DNA of 48,897 bases, filler included, from Circinaria calcarea (GCA_051942165.1; 2 parts of 2 records of this genome joined end to end with filler, not necessarily neighbours in it); one strand, 5' to 3'; positions 36,247-48,689 are shown, counted from the first letter of the whole stretch. The notes: generated by a model from the letters alone, not told the origin. Made by a program: numbers and translations.

Positions 36247-36739
36247 GATGGTATAGTCGTTTCGGAAAAGTATGATATGGTATAGGTGGTTGCTTCGTAA
36301 TGGTAATAGGAGATGGTCTAATTGAATATTAGATTGTAGCTACGGCCCACGACTTGTTATTTGTATCTTCACCGAAAAATGATTTCTTTCTGCTGCGTGT
36401 TCTTGATATGTCTCCTTTGTTTTGGTATAATGAAAAGCTCCATTTCTTTGTGTACCATTCATCTTTCAAGGCATGTTCTTTGTCAGAACAATAAACAACC
36501 CACAATTAAGGTAACCATCTTTGTTGAGACTTCACACCTATTGTTGGGTAACAGGTGGGCCGCTCTATCCACTGTGGTGGTAGCATGGGAATGCCTCGAT
36601 GCAGCCATGGAAAGAGAACATTAATGACAAGGTATATTCCGGGGTCATGGAATGTTGCCAGAGCGAAATTTGTGGTCTAATTAATGTAGTAGAAACCCCT
36701 TCATATGTTTAGTACCTCTCCATCTTACGCAGCTATTAA

Positions 36740-38532
36740 TTACCGACTCCTCCCAGGGCAAGCTCTCATACACTGCACCAAGTCCCCAGCCTTCACCCTC
36801 GAGAATCCCTGCGCTCGATCATCAATTCCAATCCCCAGTATGACCTCATCATCGAGGTATCCCAGATTCATATCCTGCGGCTCAACATCTCCTCTTCCCC
36901 AGGCCCACGCCATACTAACCGTATATGTGAAATTTGCCCAGTATCCTTTCCCGACTGGTAAGTTCGTCGAATTTGGGTTGCTAGATGTCTGGTCCGCAAT
37001 GATCTTGGCATTCACGGGGTCGTCATCCCAGTTTTGATCCATAGACCACCCACTAGCTGTCTCGTTAGCCATTAGTATTGGATGTTGGGAGATCCCAAGC
37101 ATGCCGAACGGAGGAGTAGTGGCCCAGACGATAAAATAACGTTCGTACCTCAAAGGAAGCTTGAGGGCATTAGCATGCTTGCGATGGACGACGGCAAGGA
37201 AAACTGTATTGTATGCGGTCGAACGGCAGGATTCATCTCCACGTTCACAGAGAACAAGACGAAGCGAGTTCGTTGCTTGATGCCAATGCCCGTATTTCTT
37301 AGCAGGGTCTGGCACATCTCCAGCCATATCCGAGATGCATGGCAGCTCCAAGGGATCTGTGAGATTTGTGGTTGTAAGTCCCCCGCCAAGTTCCTTGGCA
37401 AACGTTCGACCCTTTTTCGGTGTCCGCGGGTCAGATATATCATAGTGAATGAAAGATTCACCAGTGGAAGGGTAGAAGAACATCCAATTCTTCTCCATGG
37501 GCGAACGTGATGATGGTGGGTTGCGAGTGAGTTCGGTAAGAGCTGGGTAGGATTTAAGAGGGCCAAGCGATGGGAAACGAGGAGAGGAAGTAAGGAGCGA
37601 GGATAGAGTTGAATACAAGGAGCGCAGGTCGATAAGCCAGAGGCCGAAGCAGGCATAGCGGGACCTGCAGCCGTGTAAGCCTTTGCTCACAGCCGTGTAT
37701 GTTACGCAAAGGTTTACTGAGTATTGACCATCATCAACGGTTCACCCTTACCGCTCCAGAATATCCGAGGATCATGAAAGCCCGGAATGTCAGTGTAGCT
37801 GCCAAACCTCCCAACACATCGCTTTGCAGGTGTGGGTGGCACACTAAGACCGACGGGCATCGAGGCACATCTCATCCCACCAGCTGGGCCAATGTACTTG
37901 ATGTCATCCTCTGTGCATGGCTCCTCGCCTCTGCGCGGATGTTCCCCCGATCTAGTGTAGCAAACGTTGGCTTCGCAAATGACATTTTCCTGGTGGAGTC
38001 CATTGGTCACGATTCTGCTCACAACGAGATACTGATTTTTTGACCAGTACGGAAGAGAGATGATGGTCGGGTTCCAGAAAGTTCTACTCTCAAGCATCGG
38101 AGAATCGACTGAGACTTGCGAGATGTTTTGGACGAAATTGGGAAGGCGGATATGGTTGGTATACTTGTTAGGTCGCGTGCGGCACTTCCACAGGATATCG
38201 AGACTTGGATTCGAGATCGGATGTCTCCATCCAGAGCCGGCAATCATGCCATTTGCCGTCTTGTGATCCGCTCCAATGTTGTGGTTGTAGTAGTAGTGTT
38301 TTGGAGGGGAGAGATGGTTTTCAGAAGCGTTGGTGATTGGCAGCGAGTGTAACTTGAGTTCTGCGATGGGAACGTGTATACCTTCTGGTGGCGGCGGAGG
38401 TTGATGGAAGACGAAGGATGGGACCGAACTTGGTAGTCGCAAGCTGAACCGGTAGAAAGCGGCAAGCGTGAAGAACGCGACGGCTGGCAGCACTAGACGG
38501 CGTAATGGCGGAAGGTGTCTCATGGTGGACAT
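36740..38532 (-). CDS. Type II membrane protein resembling beta-propeller mannosyltransferases (BMT/GT91-like); 1 intron
   Basis: N-terminal signal anchor, FWNPTII, GFHDPRIFWS, EKNWMFF and VILGIGIDD motifs. Confidence 0.6.
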
Positions 38533-39070
38533 TGGGGGATATCAACGTTGATTATATGGATACGTTTCTTTGGACGGTGTCGTTGGGAGAATTTTAGAGA
38601 TTAGGTCCATGCGGCAGCACTAAAGTAAGCGAGGTCGAGGATTAGGGCTGTGTCGGTGTTAAGGCATCAGGGTGAGCCTCGAGGCCCTCTCTTAATTGAC
38701 GATCATCAGGCAACTCCAGCATTCAGCCATGCTGCGATTTATCATGGAATTATCGTCCATCTAGGGATGTGCCGAAGCATAACGTAAAATTAACATGCAG
38801 CATGGGGAACAACCAAAGTAGGATTTACCGGCGTGACGGCCATGTACACTGATAGAGAGGGTAGGTAAATCTATAATTGGGCTTTTCTATTCTCATAGAA
38901 TGGCTAGGTTAGTGTACATGATGCTTATGTAGAAACGTACAAATCTTTTACTTACAGCCATCAGTCATTCTAGCCTGTACCAAAGCAGACAGGTGATGCC
39001 ACCTGAACGCCAGCGCATTGCAAATCGCCTCATGTGACCAGCGGTAAAGCCGGTCCGTACCTTCGCCTTG

Positions 39071-40913
39071 CTACCGTCTCCCTTCTCCGCCTTCCTCACC
39101 ATCCTCATCGCCTTCGCCTTCGCCTTCGCCTTCGCCTTCGCTCCCATCTTCCTCGTCCCATCCCGCTGCTTCTAATTGAGCACCACGAATGCCCAAGCTC
39201 ATCAAGAATCCAACGAAAGCAATGCCACCAAAAACCCCGAAAGCCAGGACTTCGCCTTTAGGCTTCACGTGCGTAGCGAGCGAGAAGAGGCCACCAGCAA
39301 GAAAGGGGCCTACAGAACGTCCAGCCGCCGAAAGCGTTTGGGCAATTCCATTGATTTTACCCAGGACAGAGGGATTCGGGGCAGAATTGGTAATCTGAAC
39401 CCGCAGGATTAGTGTACTGGTACAAAACACGGGGTATACGATGCGGATCACTTACCAAAAGTAGCGCGCTGGTCAGTCCGCCTACAGCTGCAACAGTCTT
39501 GATCAACAGAACGGCTCCCAATTCTACCCAGAGCCATATCTTCCCGTCTGACATGCCTCCGTCTCCGTTGCTGCTATGCTTGTATCCCACAAAGGGTGTA
39601 GTCAAATAGGCCAGTACGAACCCGCCCAGACTGACGCGATATGTAGTTTTGTTTCCCATCTTCTCCCTCAACTTACCGAAAAGAAGAACTTGAAAGACTA
39701 TGGTGACAATCCCAGCAAACGCCAACGATAATCCAATCTCTTTGGGTGATAGGTTTCGGCCAGTAGGTGGAGGTGCCTGGCTAAATACCGGGTAAAGGGA
39801 GTTGTAGGAGATATTCGAGAGCTGAAAGATTAGGTAGGTTGATAGGAGCAGAATAGTATCCCTGTTTATAACATGTTTGGTCGTCAACTCATGCACCTGC
39901 TGAGGAAACAGTGCTGGTAGAGAGGTCTGGGATTGAACATCAGAGTCGGAATCATCTTCTTCTTCATCCTCTTCAGCGGCATCGCCTCCCATTCGCAACA
40001 TATCCTTTCTATGGCGACTTTTGCTTTCTTTCCCAAGTCGTAAGTAACTTGGCCTACTAGAAGTGGCGAATTGCCAGACCCAGCTAAACAAGCTTCCTAC
40101 ACGTTTGCCCAAAGGAGGTAGATCTCTTGCTTCTTCTAGACTCTCGTCCAGGAAGACCATTATTATTATGAGATCAACCACAAGTACTGCAGCAGAAAAA
40201 AGGTTGGGGGCCAAGTAGGGGTACTTGTAGCGTTTGGTTGCAGCTTTTGGACTCAATTTGGAGACCAAAAGACCTCCCACAATTGGTCCCGTAATGCCAC
40301 CGAGGCCGTATATCACCGGTAGATACGTAAACGCTTTTGACTGGTTACTTCGGTCGGTAATCTCGCCCAGACATGTAGATATGACACCCTGATTTCCATT
40401 GACTGCTCCCATTAGTGCCTGTACTAAAACGGCCTGCCACAGCGTCCTGCAAAACCCAAATGCCACGAAGCACGCGGCGGTTAGTAGAGTTCCCGTCAGG
40501 ACAACGGGCTTCCTCCCTATCCTGTCGGACAACCAGCCCCAAAAGAAGCCTGTAGCCAGTTGTGCCAGGGCAAAAGCCGACGCTATCGTTCCCACATAAA
40601 CTCCGACTTGCCCAGAATCGACCTCGGGAAACGTTGACGCCATCTGGGGTAAGTATGGGCTGATCGAGTTGAGGGCTGTTTGTTCGGAAAGGGCGATGAT
40701 TGCAAGGACGATGAGCTGTTTCTTAGGTAAAGGCGATTCGATTTGATTTGAGCTATTGGAGGCGTGTCGGCCATGGCGACTGCCATCGGATGAAGATGGA
40801 GGGGATTTGGATGGCGGACGGCCCTTCGATTTGGGCGCAGGAGTAGGAAATGTTTGGTAATGAAGAGTGGAAGATCTCCGTCTATCGGTCGGGCTGGGCC
40901 TCGAGAGCTTCAT
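39071..40913 (-). CDS. MFS transporter (YCR023C/ZIFL-like); 1 intron
   Basis: SISPYLPQM, WGWLSDRIGRKPV, GEITDRSNQ, YPYLAPNL, LGKINGIAQTLSAAGRSVGP; acidic (EG)n tail. Confidence 0.88.
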
Positions 40914-41547
40914 CGTACCCTTTTGCTGTTGGCTGAGAAGACGATGGGAAACCTATAGGATATGGATTCCACCAGTTCACAGGCCGTCCGATTTTGGTAT
41001 CAGCTTGTCCGTCATTAAATTGATCTTCTGGCTCACTAATATGCAAAGGCTGCCTTGGGTAGGTCCTCGATCTCTGAACTTTGTCCTAGGCATGGGACGG
41101 CAAACATCAATAATCTAGGCGCTCAATGCATGAATGGAGGAGTTGGCTCAGAGTTGTGAGCATGCTCATAGTAGCGAGCGTGTATTACACTTATGACTCC
41201 TACATTGTCAAGTAGCATGGTCACAAATTTGGACGACAACCGTCGGTTACATAAATGACGCTACCCTACATGATGCATTACATGCAAGATCTATGGGGAT
41301 CGTTCCTACAGATTCGATTTGTACGTTTTTCTGGGACGCGAACAAAGGTAACTCAAACCTTTCGCATTGTGCGAGGTATGCAGACAGCTCTGTCACTTAT
41401 GTTTCAGAGGCTCTTTTCTAATAAATTTATTCCGCTGTTGGTAATTGCAGCTCGAGCCCCTCCATATTTATGGTAAGACCTCTCCGAGGTAAGGGACTGT
41501 CGTGATGTTGTATATAGTGCGAGTTTCCTGCGATAATCAGAAGCTTG

Positions 41548-43824
41548 TTAGGTAGATCCTGTGTCCAGCCGAATTTCCTCTTCCTTAGTGTCCCAGAACA
41601 GTTTTTTCAGTTTCCTCTCCTTCTCCGCTTCGATATAACGATCGAAAGCTGCTGTCTCTGGATTATACATCTTGCCCTGGTACACTTCTGGGGGAAGAAA
41701 AGCGCAGTGGTCCTGATCATAAGCAAGGTATCGGCAAACATGCATATGTAGGAAAATAGCAACCTTCTGGTTGCCTTGTTCTGTGAGTCTCCAGGTAGGA
41801 GGCACGACACTCTCGTCTAGGAAATAGTCCTGCACAGTGCCTGCATCTTCAGCGATGTCGAGCCAACCCGACGTGTCAAGCCAGAATACAAATTTGTCTC
41901 CATCCACCCGGAGCCTGTTCACTGCGCCTTGTGTGGCATGCTCGAGTTGACCGCGAAATGGTCTTACAATGAAGATGGGAATAGACGCTAGGGCGTCGTT
42001 GGAATCAAAGTCAGGGCGCCGATTCCTCTCGGCGTTAACGGTGGTAGGACGTTTTGGATACGCCATGCGCCGAATTGCTCGAATAAGAGACACGTATGTG
42101 TCCTCGAAGCTCTCGAATAGCTCAAAGGACGTTTTGTTGTATTCGGCTCCGTGGGCCTCGAAGGAGGCGTAGTCGGAGCCACCTAGATTAAGAATCTAAG
42201 CTGTGGTCAGATATCGCCGATGGATGCAGGTGAGCGAGAGAGCCTACCAACACGTCTGGAACTGGGCCATGGAAGAGCCAGGGATGCTCGAAATATTGTG
42301 AACCGGGAGGACCGCTTTATCGTTTCTGCCATCAGTAAGGTGCAAGCAATCCCTCGTGGAACGGGCCAGTCTGACCTGCGGAAGAAAACATCACCCATTC
42401 CAGACGGCTCCCCGCTTCCACTAATACAGTCCTGTATAAGGCACATCCCGTCGACAGCTATACTTACATGGTCGACATCAAACATATCCCCAAGTAGGTA
42501 CTCCCAGCCCATTACTCCGGCTAGAAGTCCGTCGGCACCTCCGGTGCGCTTTCCCATACTCTGACCACTGAGCGAACCAGGGCTATCAGTGATGACTTCT
42601 AATAACTTCTTTCTCTTTTCTGTAACGGGAGATTCTCCAGCTTCTTCACCTTTGGATATATCCTCTTCGCCTTTACGTCCTCTGGTATACCGCATGATTG
42701 AGCTCAGCCCCAGCCGATGTTTTTCTCCAATCTGCTCATTCTGCGCATCAAAGTTATCTTCATCTTCGAACTCTCTATCGAAAAGAGCCCCTTTCACCGG
42801 TAACAACTTGCCACCTTTACTGAGCCATATGCCTTCCAGTTGCACCAAGCCCTTGCCATGATCATCTGTCATTGGTGCAATAATCCGAATCTGGTGCTGT
42901 TGGTTCGGATCAAGATCTTTTGACCGTATTTTTACGAGCACCGAGGAGTTTGGAAGTAGGATGTACTCTTCTTGATCAACTCGAGCAAGGAGTGAGACGG
43001 GGAATGCCGGTGCGTCAAGTAATGGCGAATGACGAAAGGTCAAGCGGGCTGGGCTTGCACGTAATTTCGGATTAGGTAACAAGCCTATCGTCGGTGTGGG
43101 AGAGTTGACGGGCTCTGCATCCTTCAGCGCTAGAGAATTACGAAGGGACAGAAGCAAAGTAGTCGTGTTGGTGAAATTTAGATCGAAGTAGGCGCCTTTC
43201 CAAGCATTAGTCGAACCTCTATTTTCCCGGACTTGGACATTATAACGATATACCTACCTGGAAAAGACCCGTCGTTTCTTAGTCGATTCGGAGTCGATGT
43301 CCATCTTCCAACGTACTTCCATTCTTAGTCAGTCGTGCCACCCCAGGAAATTGAGGTTCTCTTACATGAATCTTCGGATTTGCAGCTGGGAAGAATTGGA
43401 GATCTTTGGTTGCCTCCAGCTGGAAAACCTGTGTTCCGAGGCCAAATTCACTAGCACTCATTCTCACGATCTGCAGCTCTTCCGTCCAGCCTTTACTTAG
43501 CCACCATAAAAAGCCAACAAGGGAGAGCAAGCATAATAGCAATCGACTGGCCAACACCCGACGAATTCGGAACGAGGTAGAGTCACGGTATTTAGGTTTT
43601 GCTGCCTGTTTCGATGGCGTCGAGGCATGCGATAGGAGGCTGACAGATGAATTCGGTGGCTTTAGGCCTGCTGAACGGAAAGGAGAATATTTTGTCCTGA
43701 TGGATTGCGTAGAAGAGGGACTTGGAATGGGCGTTGACTGTGTTGACGGAGAAGGGGTCGCGAAGAGAGGTGTGAGGCTGAGGCGTAAGTTAGGACGACT
43801 ACGAAAGGGAGGTGTTTGTGCCAT
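41548..43824 (-). CDS. Membrane-anchored SGNH/GDSL-fold protein with a CE2-like N-terminal domain; 4 introns
   Basis: TM anchor, IHYVGRW...SFPGAYF, EVITDS (block I-like), ILNLGGSD (block III-like), FWLDTSGWL, LTEQGNQKVA (block V-like). Confidence 0.68.
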
Positions 43825-44159
43825 TGTGACGAGTGTAACCTGACTGAAAACGATCTTCGGCTGTAAGATATCGGTGCTTGAAGAGTGGTAGTGAAAGAAA
43901 TGTGGAAGTAGGAGTAACGAGCTATCTTAATGGCGTTTTAGGGCAGGCGCGCTTAGCGATTTTGACTCGTACCAGGATAATCACTCGCATAGACTTGCTC
44001 AAATGGAATATCGAACAATTAGACGGACCGGATTTGATGCTCCTCGACATCAATTGCATCCTATGAACACAGAGGGGTATCCTGTGAGAAGACCAAAATC
44101 AACATACTATGTGCCGCTAATTATGTAATATTCCGTGGGCCGTTTCCTATTCTTAAGCC

Positions 44160-44879
44160 TTATGCTGTAGCTTTCAGCGCCAAATATACCCCCCAACCAA
44201 GTCCCACCACACTCGCGACGACCACTCGCCTTTCCACCGGAACCACGGTGAAGTTAAGCAGACTGACGAGAGGCCAGAGTTTATATCCTGCAGTCATGAT
44301 AGGCCAGAATTGCTGCGACGATCATAGCTTGTTAGCAACCATACAAAGTAAGTGGGTTCATGATTGGCTCACCTCACGCAAAACCTCAATGCACTTTTCC
44401 AAGCCTCCTCCTCTCAGAAGCTCCAGGACCACGAGGAACAATGCCGTGTTGGTCGCAGCTCCGAGCGTTTGATCCAGCAGAAACTTGGTAGCGGTGTTAC
44501 GGATATCCAGTCTCTTCTCAACCGCAATACTCTGGATTTTGTCAGCTGACTGCGGTTACCTTTTGGAAGTCCTGCTGGACCCCGTGCAGCTTACCTTGCC
44601 CTCATCATCGAGCTTAAACTTCGGCTTCCCCTGCTGCACTGGATAGCCGGGGAACTCCCTTTCCAAATACTCTTGCCACAGGAAATTGGGGGGTGTCGAC
44701 AGGAGGCAGAAAATCAAGAACTGGATGATGGGGGTCAACTGAAGGCTGAGGGGGTTCACGGCACTGGCGGAAGATGCAAAGTGACGTTTTCGATACGAGG
44801 TCATGAGCTGAGCAAGAATGCTGGAGGTGACATTGAGGACCGCTGCTTGGATTGTTGCCGTCTGAAGATGAGAGGGCAT
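44160..44879 (-). CDS. Mpv17/PMP22 family membrane protein; 2 introns
   Basis: QAAVLNVTSSILAQ, PPNFLWQEYLE..FP, KFLLDQTLGA, GYKLWPLVSLLNFTVVP, WGVYLAL. Confidence 0.88.
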
Positions 44880-45126
44880 GGTTGTTGACTTGGGGGACTT
44901 GATGAGGTGGGTAGGTCAATCGATGCCTTGAGCTGGCCAACTTAAGGAACGCGGGGCCGATTCGATTTCGATTATCACCTTGATGCCAGTTCAGCAAGTC
45001 CCCAACGAGTGTCTGTGAGCTCTCTCACGTAAATGGTAGATGCACATGTATTTACAACATGATCTACTATTGTCAGGAGGATCCAACCCTTCAAGTCAAC
45101 AATGGAGACGTTTTCGGCTACCGTAC

Positions 45127-45528
45127 TACGGTATAAGGCAAAACAATCCCTACGGAGTAGCGTGGTTTTTTCTAACCCCCAAGAACCTCAACCACAACCG
45201 TATAAAAATAATAGTAAAGCAGAGAGCTGTTACAAGCGCATGAGCCGGGGTATTCCTATATTTTTCTGAGGATTTAAAGCGTGGTTCGGGTGTGCTGTGA
45301 GAGCTGTCAATATTTCGCGCTAGTAATTTTTTGGCAAGCGCGAGGGTGTCAGGCAAAAATAAACGCGGACACACAAATCTGCCCGACCGTAGAATTACCG
45401 CCCAGTTCTTGCCACTAAGTTTGTGAGGACTGCGGAAGCTCAGGGGCTTCTTAGGCTGGACGGCATCGCTAACTACGGTCGGCGAATTCTGGGTGTCCGC
45501 GTTTTTTTGGCAAGCGCGAGACACCGTA
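45127..45528. mobile_element. Cluster of Tc1-like TIR relics and a ~180-bp imperfect inverted-repeat element
   Basis: TACGGTATAAGGCAAAACAAT at 45127 resembles the 29731 TIR; perfect arms 45361-45372/45493-45504 and 45383-45392/45473-45482; several TACGGT/ACCGTA ends. Confidence 0.55.
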
Positions 45529-46020
45529 CAGCGCAGTAGAGAGTGGCCGGGGTAAGTGTTACTCCGTCGCGTTGATGATCATCCGAGAGGTTCCGTTTGA
45601 TTAACGTCACTCGGGAAAAGGGTGCGGTGCTGCAGGAACGAAAAAACGAAAAAGAGATAAGGCAATCAATAGCCAGGTAGCAAAAAAGGTAGCTAAAAAG
45701 GTCCCCACTGCATGGGCGATATCAAGAAGCCCCCTAATTACACTTAATGTGCCCCAATGCAGGCACATAAGCCCTCGTAGCATACATGTAACAGTAGTAC
45801 TCTGCGCTACTAAAAAATTTCAGAGCCCTCCACAAGCTTCGAGGGACGGAAGTGATTAAATTCCGCGATGCCGACGAATGATGTCATCATCCTCTCAAGG
45901 CAGCAATTCCCGTCGAGGTAAGGCCGCGTGGATGGTGAGGAGAGAATACTTACTCGCAGGATTTCTCCTCTCTACTTGCCTTGAAGCTATCCAACATCTT
46001 CTTGACTTACTACTGCAACC

Positions 46021-47456
46021 ATGAGGATCTCATTCGTATTGCCGCTCGCGGCCCTGACCACTGCTTTTGTCATTCCTGATGACGCGATCATGAACCAGGT
46101 CGCCATCGAATCCCACCGGTCCTCCAACTCCCTGCTCGAGAAACTTCCCTGCAAGCATGATTCAGTCCACAAGGTCGAAGACACACTCTCAGGGATTGCG
46201 CACGGTTCGAAAAATGCTGTTGACCGGGCTATGGAATTTGCCAGCAAGACTGCTGAGAGGCTGTCACAAACCTTCGAGGAGGCCTCCTACGACTCCAAGG
46301 CATGGCTGAACAGTGCCTCGGATACCCTCATGGGACATGGAAGGCATGATGCCCCCAACATGACGGTCTACCAGTTGATTTCGGAAAGCAAGTACACCAC
46401 TAAGCTTGCGGCGCTCATCAACGAATACGACGATCTCGTCCAGCTCCTCAACGGAACCGCGGCAAACTACACCGTCTTCGCACCCATCGACAGCGCCTTT
46501 GAGAAAGTACCTGATAATGCCCCCAAGCCATCAAAGGAGATGCTCAAAGATATACTGACCTACCACGTCTCTTCGGATTATTACCCGGCAGGAAGGGTCT
46601 TGGTGACACACACGGTCCCGACGTTGCTGGTTGGCGAGCTCTTGGGAGGGGAGCAGCAGCGGTTAAGCACCAACATCGGTCTTAGGGGACTGACTGTGAA
46701 CTTTTACAGCCGAATCATCGCTGTTGATATTGTGGGTATACTGCACGCTCTCGCAAGATTTACGCTAATCACCTACAGTTTGGCACCAACGGCGTCATCC
46801 ATGGTGTCGACAGCATTCTCGTTCCGCCCCCCAAGGTTGCCGACATAATCGACTTTTTGCCGGGCGAATTTAGCACCCTCGAATTAGCACTCATCAAAAC
46901 CGACCTGCTTGAGGCAATCAACGATACATCTAACCACGTTGGAGGAACCCTCTTCGCTCCCTCCAACTTTGCCTTCCAGAAGCTTGGCCCTAGAATCAAC
47001 GGCTTTTTGTTCAGTAGCTACGGCCAAAAGTACCTCAAAGCTCTCCTCATGTACCATGTCGTCGCCAACCACACTCTATACTCGGACGCATACTATAAGG
47101 CCGATGATGCTGAGGTGGCCAACATTCCCAAAGGCTATTTTCATGTAAGTTTCGGCGCATGCAGGCTATGACATTGCTGACTTGTTCAGATTGACCTGCC
47201 GACCCTTCTCGAAGATAAATCATTGAGCATTGATGTTGGGCGTTACGGTCGCATCATCAGCATCAAGATCAATGGCTTCAGCACTGTCACGATTGAGGAT
47301 GGCATTGCTAAGGACGGGGTAATCCAAGTTGTAAGCAACGTCCTCATCCCGCCCAAGCAGGTTGGGGGTATTGCGGTGGAGTGGCAGGGCGAGGAGCTCA
47401 GTGAAGATGACCTCATCAAGAGACTTGAGCCGTTTGTGGCAAAGGAGGAGCTATAG
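46021..47456 (+). CDS. Secretory protein with two fasciclin (FAS1) domains; 2 introns
   Basis: Signal peptide, YTVFAPIDSAF, ILTYHV, NGVIHGVDSILVPP, TLFAPSNFAF, LLMYHVV, DGVIQVVSNVLIPP; ends KEEL. Confidence 0.9.
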
Positions 47457-47835
47457 ATTGTTGGCTAAAAGTAGATCATGGTCAATTCGCGGCGGGCATA
47501 TTTAGGCGTATTATATGTCGCATGAGATTTCACTCTTGGTACCTTGGCAATAAATAAATATGCATCAAGGGCAGTAACCAGCGGAAACAGTTATGAACCC
47601 TTTGTTCAGGCACAACTCACTATGACGTACCCTTGCATAATCGGTCCTAGCTAATCCCTACCTCCGCTTATCTCAGGTGGTAGTCGAACACCTGAAAATG
47701 CCAGGATAGATCATCTGCCTTTCTCATGTTCTATCATTCTCTACCTTGCCTGTGATTGTGAATTTGGCCTTCGCAAACAGAGACAGTCCAGAACTTTGTC
47801 TGGAGAATCTGCGAAACTCACGCCTTCAGTCTAAA

Positions 47836-48549
47836 ATGTCAGCTCTCAAAGTCGGGGATACATTCCCAGAAGGCGTGGTCTTCTCGTATGCTGACTTCAC
47901 CAAAACCCTCCCACGCTGATGATCCTCACTGACCCGAGTTGCCTTCCACAGCTGCGTTCCCTACACCGAGGAGAAGAACTCCTTGACCTCATGCGGAGTC
48001 CCAATCAGCTACAATGCCAGTAAGGAGTGGGCAGACAAGAAAGTTGTGCTCTTTGCCGTTCCTGGTGCGTTACTCGAGCCACCGGCATAGCACGAGTTCC
48101 CAGCTCATGATTCCATAGGTGCCTTCACGCCCAGTTGCTCCGTCCAACACCTGCCCGGCTTCATCAAGAACTTGGACAAGATCAAGAGCAAAGGAGTGGA
48201 CATCGTCGCTGTGCTTGCATACAACGACCCCTTCGTCATGAGTGCCTGGAGCAAAGCCAATAGCGTCAAGAATGATGACATTGTGAGGGCACCCACTTCA
48301 TGTCATATTTCCAAGGCTGACATGTTAGCTTTTCTTGACCGATTCGGAAATCAAGTTTTCCAAGAAAATCGGCTGGACGATGGGCGAACGGACAGGGAGA
48401 TATGCTCTCATAATTGATCATGGAAAGATCACATACGCAGAAAAGGAAGCCAGCGGAGGCGAAGTCTCGGTTGGTAGTTGTCACAAGGAGTTGACTAATG
48501 CTAACAACCTTAGGTTTCCGGCGCTGACGCCGTCCTGGCAGAACTATAA
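47836..48549 (+). CDS. Prx5-type peroxiredoxin (Ahp1/Pmp20/Asp f3-like); 4 introns
   Basis: TSCGVPI (resolving Cys), [10 protein letters not shown] (peroxidatic Cys), [18 protein letters not shown]. Confidence 0.92.
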
Positions 48550-48689
48550 TTGGTGGACGTATAACTTACGAATAACGAAGCATATATAGCGTCGTGGGCT
48601 GTAGTCTGCAAACACCGTGCGATAAACAAATACTAGAATAAAATACTTATCCACTTAAGATTTCCCTTCTATATAAGAGCGCTGCAATC

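Noticed and set aside
45165..45185. TTTTTTCTAACCCCC as a telomerase RNA template
   Set aside because: It does not read CTAACCCTAA, and the flanking region is better explained by TIR relics.
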